This document shows positions 5,663 through 6,961 of a stretch of DNA of 6,961 bases, in pieces. Below the pieces are notes generated by a model that did not search any database, was not told the DNA's origin, and saw only the letters and a program-made list of their open reading frames with translations. The stretch is from a virus (taxonomy: Duplodnaviria; Heunggongvirae; Uroviricota; Caudoviricetes). Position numbers and translations under genes: made by a program. The stretch's first letter is position 1. Each line of letters starts with the position of its first letter. The stretch lies in IMG/VR virus record IMGVR_UViG_2531839579_000008. The stretch is one strand, 5' to 3'.

Positions 5663-6825
5663 TGCTGGATGCGCTGACATTTGATGCAGGCAGTACGCTG
5701 ACGCCGGATTACATGCTGATGCTCGACAGCAGGGATATTACCGGCAATATCAGCGACCGTCTGATGAGCATGACCCTGACGGATAACCGGGGCTTTGAGG
5801 CTGACCAGCTTGATATTGAACTGAACGATGCCGACGGGCAGGTCGGGCTACCGATTCGTGGCGCTGTCCTGACGGTGTATATCGGCTGGAAAGGTTTTGC
5901 CCTGGTATGCAAAGGGAAATTTACCGTTGATGAGGTTGAACACCGGGGCGCGCCGGATGTGGTTACCATCCGCGCCCGGAGTGCAGATTTCCGCGGGACG
6001 CTTAATTCCCGCCGGGAAGGCTCCTGGCATGACACCACGCTCGGTGCGATTGTTGAGGCGATAGCCTCCCGTAACAAGCTGGAGGCCAGTGTCGCTCCGT
6101 CACTGGCCGGAATTAAAATCCCGCACATCGACCAGTCGCAGGAGTCTGATGCGAAATTCCTGATCCGTCTTGCTGAACGCAACGGCGGTGAGGTGTCGGT
6201 AAAAATGGGAAAACTGTTGTTTCTTAAGGCGGGGCAGGGGGTGACGGCCAGCGGTAAAAAAATCCCGCAGATTACCATCACCCGCAGCGACGGCGACCGT
6301 CATCATTTTGCGATTGCTGACCGTGGAGCCTACACCGGTGTAACGGCAAAATGGCTACACACCAAAGACCCGAAGCCTCAAAAGCAGAAGGTAAAACTGA
6401 AACGTAAAAAGAAAGAGAAACACCTGCGCGCACTGGAGCACCCGAAAGCGAAACCGGTCAGGCAGAAGAAAGCGCCTAAAGTACCGGAAGCGCGTGAAGG
6501 TGAATACATGGCCGGTGAGGCTGACAACGTTTTTGCCCTGACCACGGTATATGCCACGAAAGCACAGGCCATGCGTGCCGCTCAGGCGAAGTGGGATAAG
6601 CTGCAACGGGGTGTAGCGGAGTTCTCCATCAGCCTGGCTACTGGTCGGGCAGATATTTACACGGAAACACCGGTTAAAGTGTCAGGCTTTAAGCGCGTCA
6701 TAGACGAGCAGGACTGGACAATCACTAAGGTGACACATTTTCTGAATAACAGCGGCTTCACGACGTCCCTGGAGCTTGAGGTCAGGCTTTCTGATGTGAA
6801 GTACGAAACAGAAGATGATGAGTGA
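5662..6825 (+). CDS. D: Tail protein gpD (phage late control gene D family, P2 family)
   Basis: Intact 387-aa ORF MLDALTFDAGSTLTPDYMLMLDSRDITGNISDRLMSMTLTDNRGFEADQLDIELNDADGQ, matching P2 gpD in sequence and length as recalled. Its start overlaps the U stop (TAATG at 5660-5664). Contains the lysine-rich basic stretch typical of gpD. Confidence 0.9.
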   Translation: MLDALTFDAGSTLTPDYMLMLDSRDITGNISDRLMSMTLTDNRGFEADQLDIELNDADGQVGLPIRGAVLTVYIGWKGFALVCKGKFTVDEVEHRGAPDVVTIRARSADFRGTLNSRREGSWHDTTLGAIVEAIASRNKLEASVAPSLAGIKIPHIDQSQESDAKFLIRLAERNGGEVSVKMGKLLFLKAGQGVTASGKKIPQITITRSDGDRHHFAIADRGAYTGVTAKWLHTKDPKPQKQKVKLKRKKKEKHLRALEHPKAKPVRQKKAPKVPEAREGEYMAGEADNVFALTTVYATKAQAMRAAQAKWDKLQRGVAEFSISLATGRADIYTETPVKVSGFKRVIDEQDWTITKVTHFLNNSGFTTSLELEVRLSDVKYETEDDE

Positions 6826-6906
6826 TGTTTTGTTTTTATCTGTTTGTTTTATAAGGATAAATTAACTAAAATGGCACCATCAACAAAACCGGAAGAGGTG
6901 CTCGCG
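6826..6906 (+). promoter_or_regulatory. D-ogr intergenic region, presumed to carry the ogr promoter and ribosome-binding site
   Basis: 81-bp AT-rich spacer containing a TATAAG -10-like hexamer at 6850-6855 and a Shine-Dalgarno AAGAGG (about 6893-6898) 8 nt before the ATG at 6907. I could not find a well-spaced -35 element, and there is no GC-rich hairpin after the D stop. Confidence 0.3.
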
Positions 6907-6961
6907 ATGTTTCATTGTCCTTTATGCCAGCATGCCGCACATGCGCGTACAAGTCGCTATA
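6907..6961 (+). CDS. ogr: Ogr zinc-finger late-gene transcriptional activator, 5' end only (runs off the right edge)
   Basis: Translation from ATG 6907 reads MFHCPLCQHAAHARTSRY, which is the N-terminus of P2 Ogr as I recall it and includes the CxxC zinc-binding motif. It sits directly after D as in P2. An in-frame ATG at 6871 would add 12 residues (MAPSTKPEEVLA) but has a poorer ribosome-binding site. Confidence 0.85.
   Translation, partial: MFHCPLCQHAAHARTSRY

Noticed and set aside
5709-6281. 190-aa reverse-strand ORF inside D (also 5848..6030, 6100..6306, 6355..6606 and 6378..6572 on the reverse strand)
   Set aside because: Antisense to the intact, recognisable gpD gene. The translations are Ser/Pro/Arg-rich or poly-Phe/Leu mirror images of the lysine-rich region, which is typical of shadow ORFs.
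6826-6870. Intrinsic terminator after D
   Set aside because: The tract is T-rich but has no preceding GC-rich hairpin, so it is not a convincing rho-independent terminator.
6871-6906. Upstream in-frame ATG as the ogr start
   Set aside because: The ATG at 6907 has a much better-placed Shine-Dalgarno and gives the N-terminus MFHCPLCQ that I recall for P2 Ogr. The longer form is kept only as an alternative.
1-6961. tRNA, rRNA, CRISPR repeats, IS element termini or an integrase/attachment site
   Set aside because: I saw no cloverleaf-like conserved tRNA motifs, no regularly spaced direct repeats and no terminal inverted repeats. The whole window is explained by the tail operon plus the edge moron.

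Overview
This window reads as the distal late (tail) operon of a P2-family temperate phage or prophage from an enterobacterial host, in the canonical order FI (sheath) - FII (tube) - E/E' (chaperone pair with programmed -1 frameshift) - T (tape measure) - U - D - ogr (5' end only), all on the + strand. At the left edge there is a sharp drop to about 30% GC and the 5' end of a divergently transcribed ORF, in the position where P2 carries the Z/fun moron; this is the most likely place for novel cargo, but only 75 codons are visible. The most striking thing in the sequence is that FI, T and U do not read as single frames: the coding signal hops between frames at at least 16 points, each consistent with loss of one or two bases, grouped in short patches, while FII, E/E' and D are intact. 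That is either a decaying cryptic prophage or base-calling/assembly error; I cannot tell which from sequence alone. All identifications rest on my recall of P2 gene products and on frame analysis done by eye; no database search or computation was run. No tRNA, rRNA, CRISPR array or IS element was recognised.
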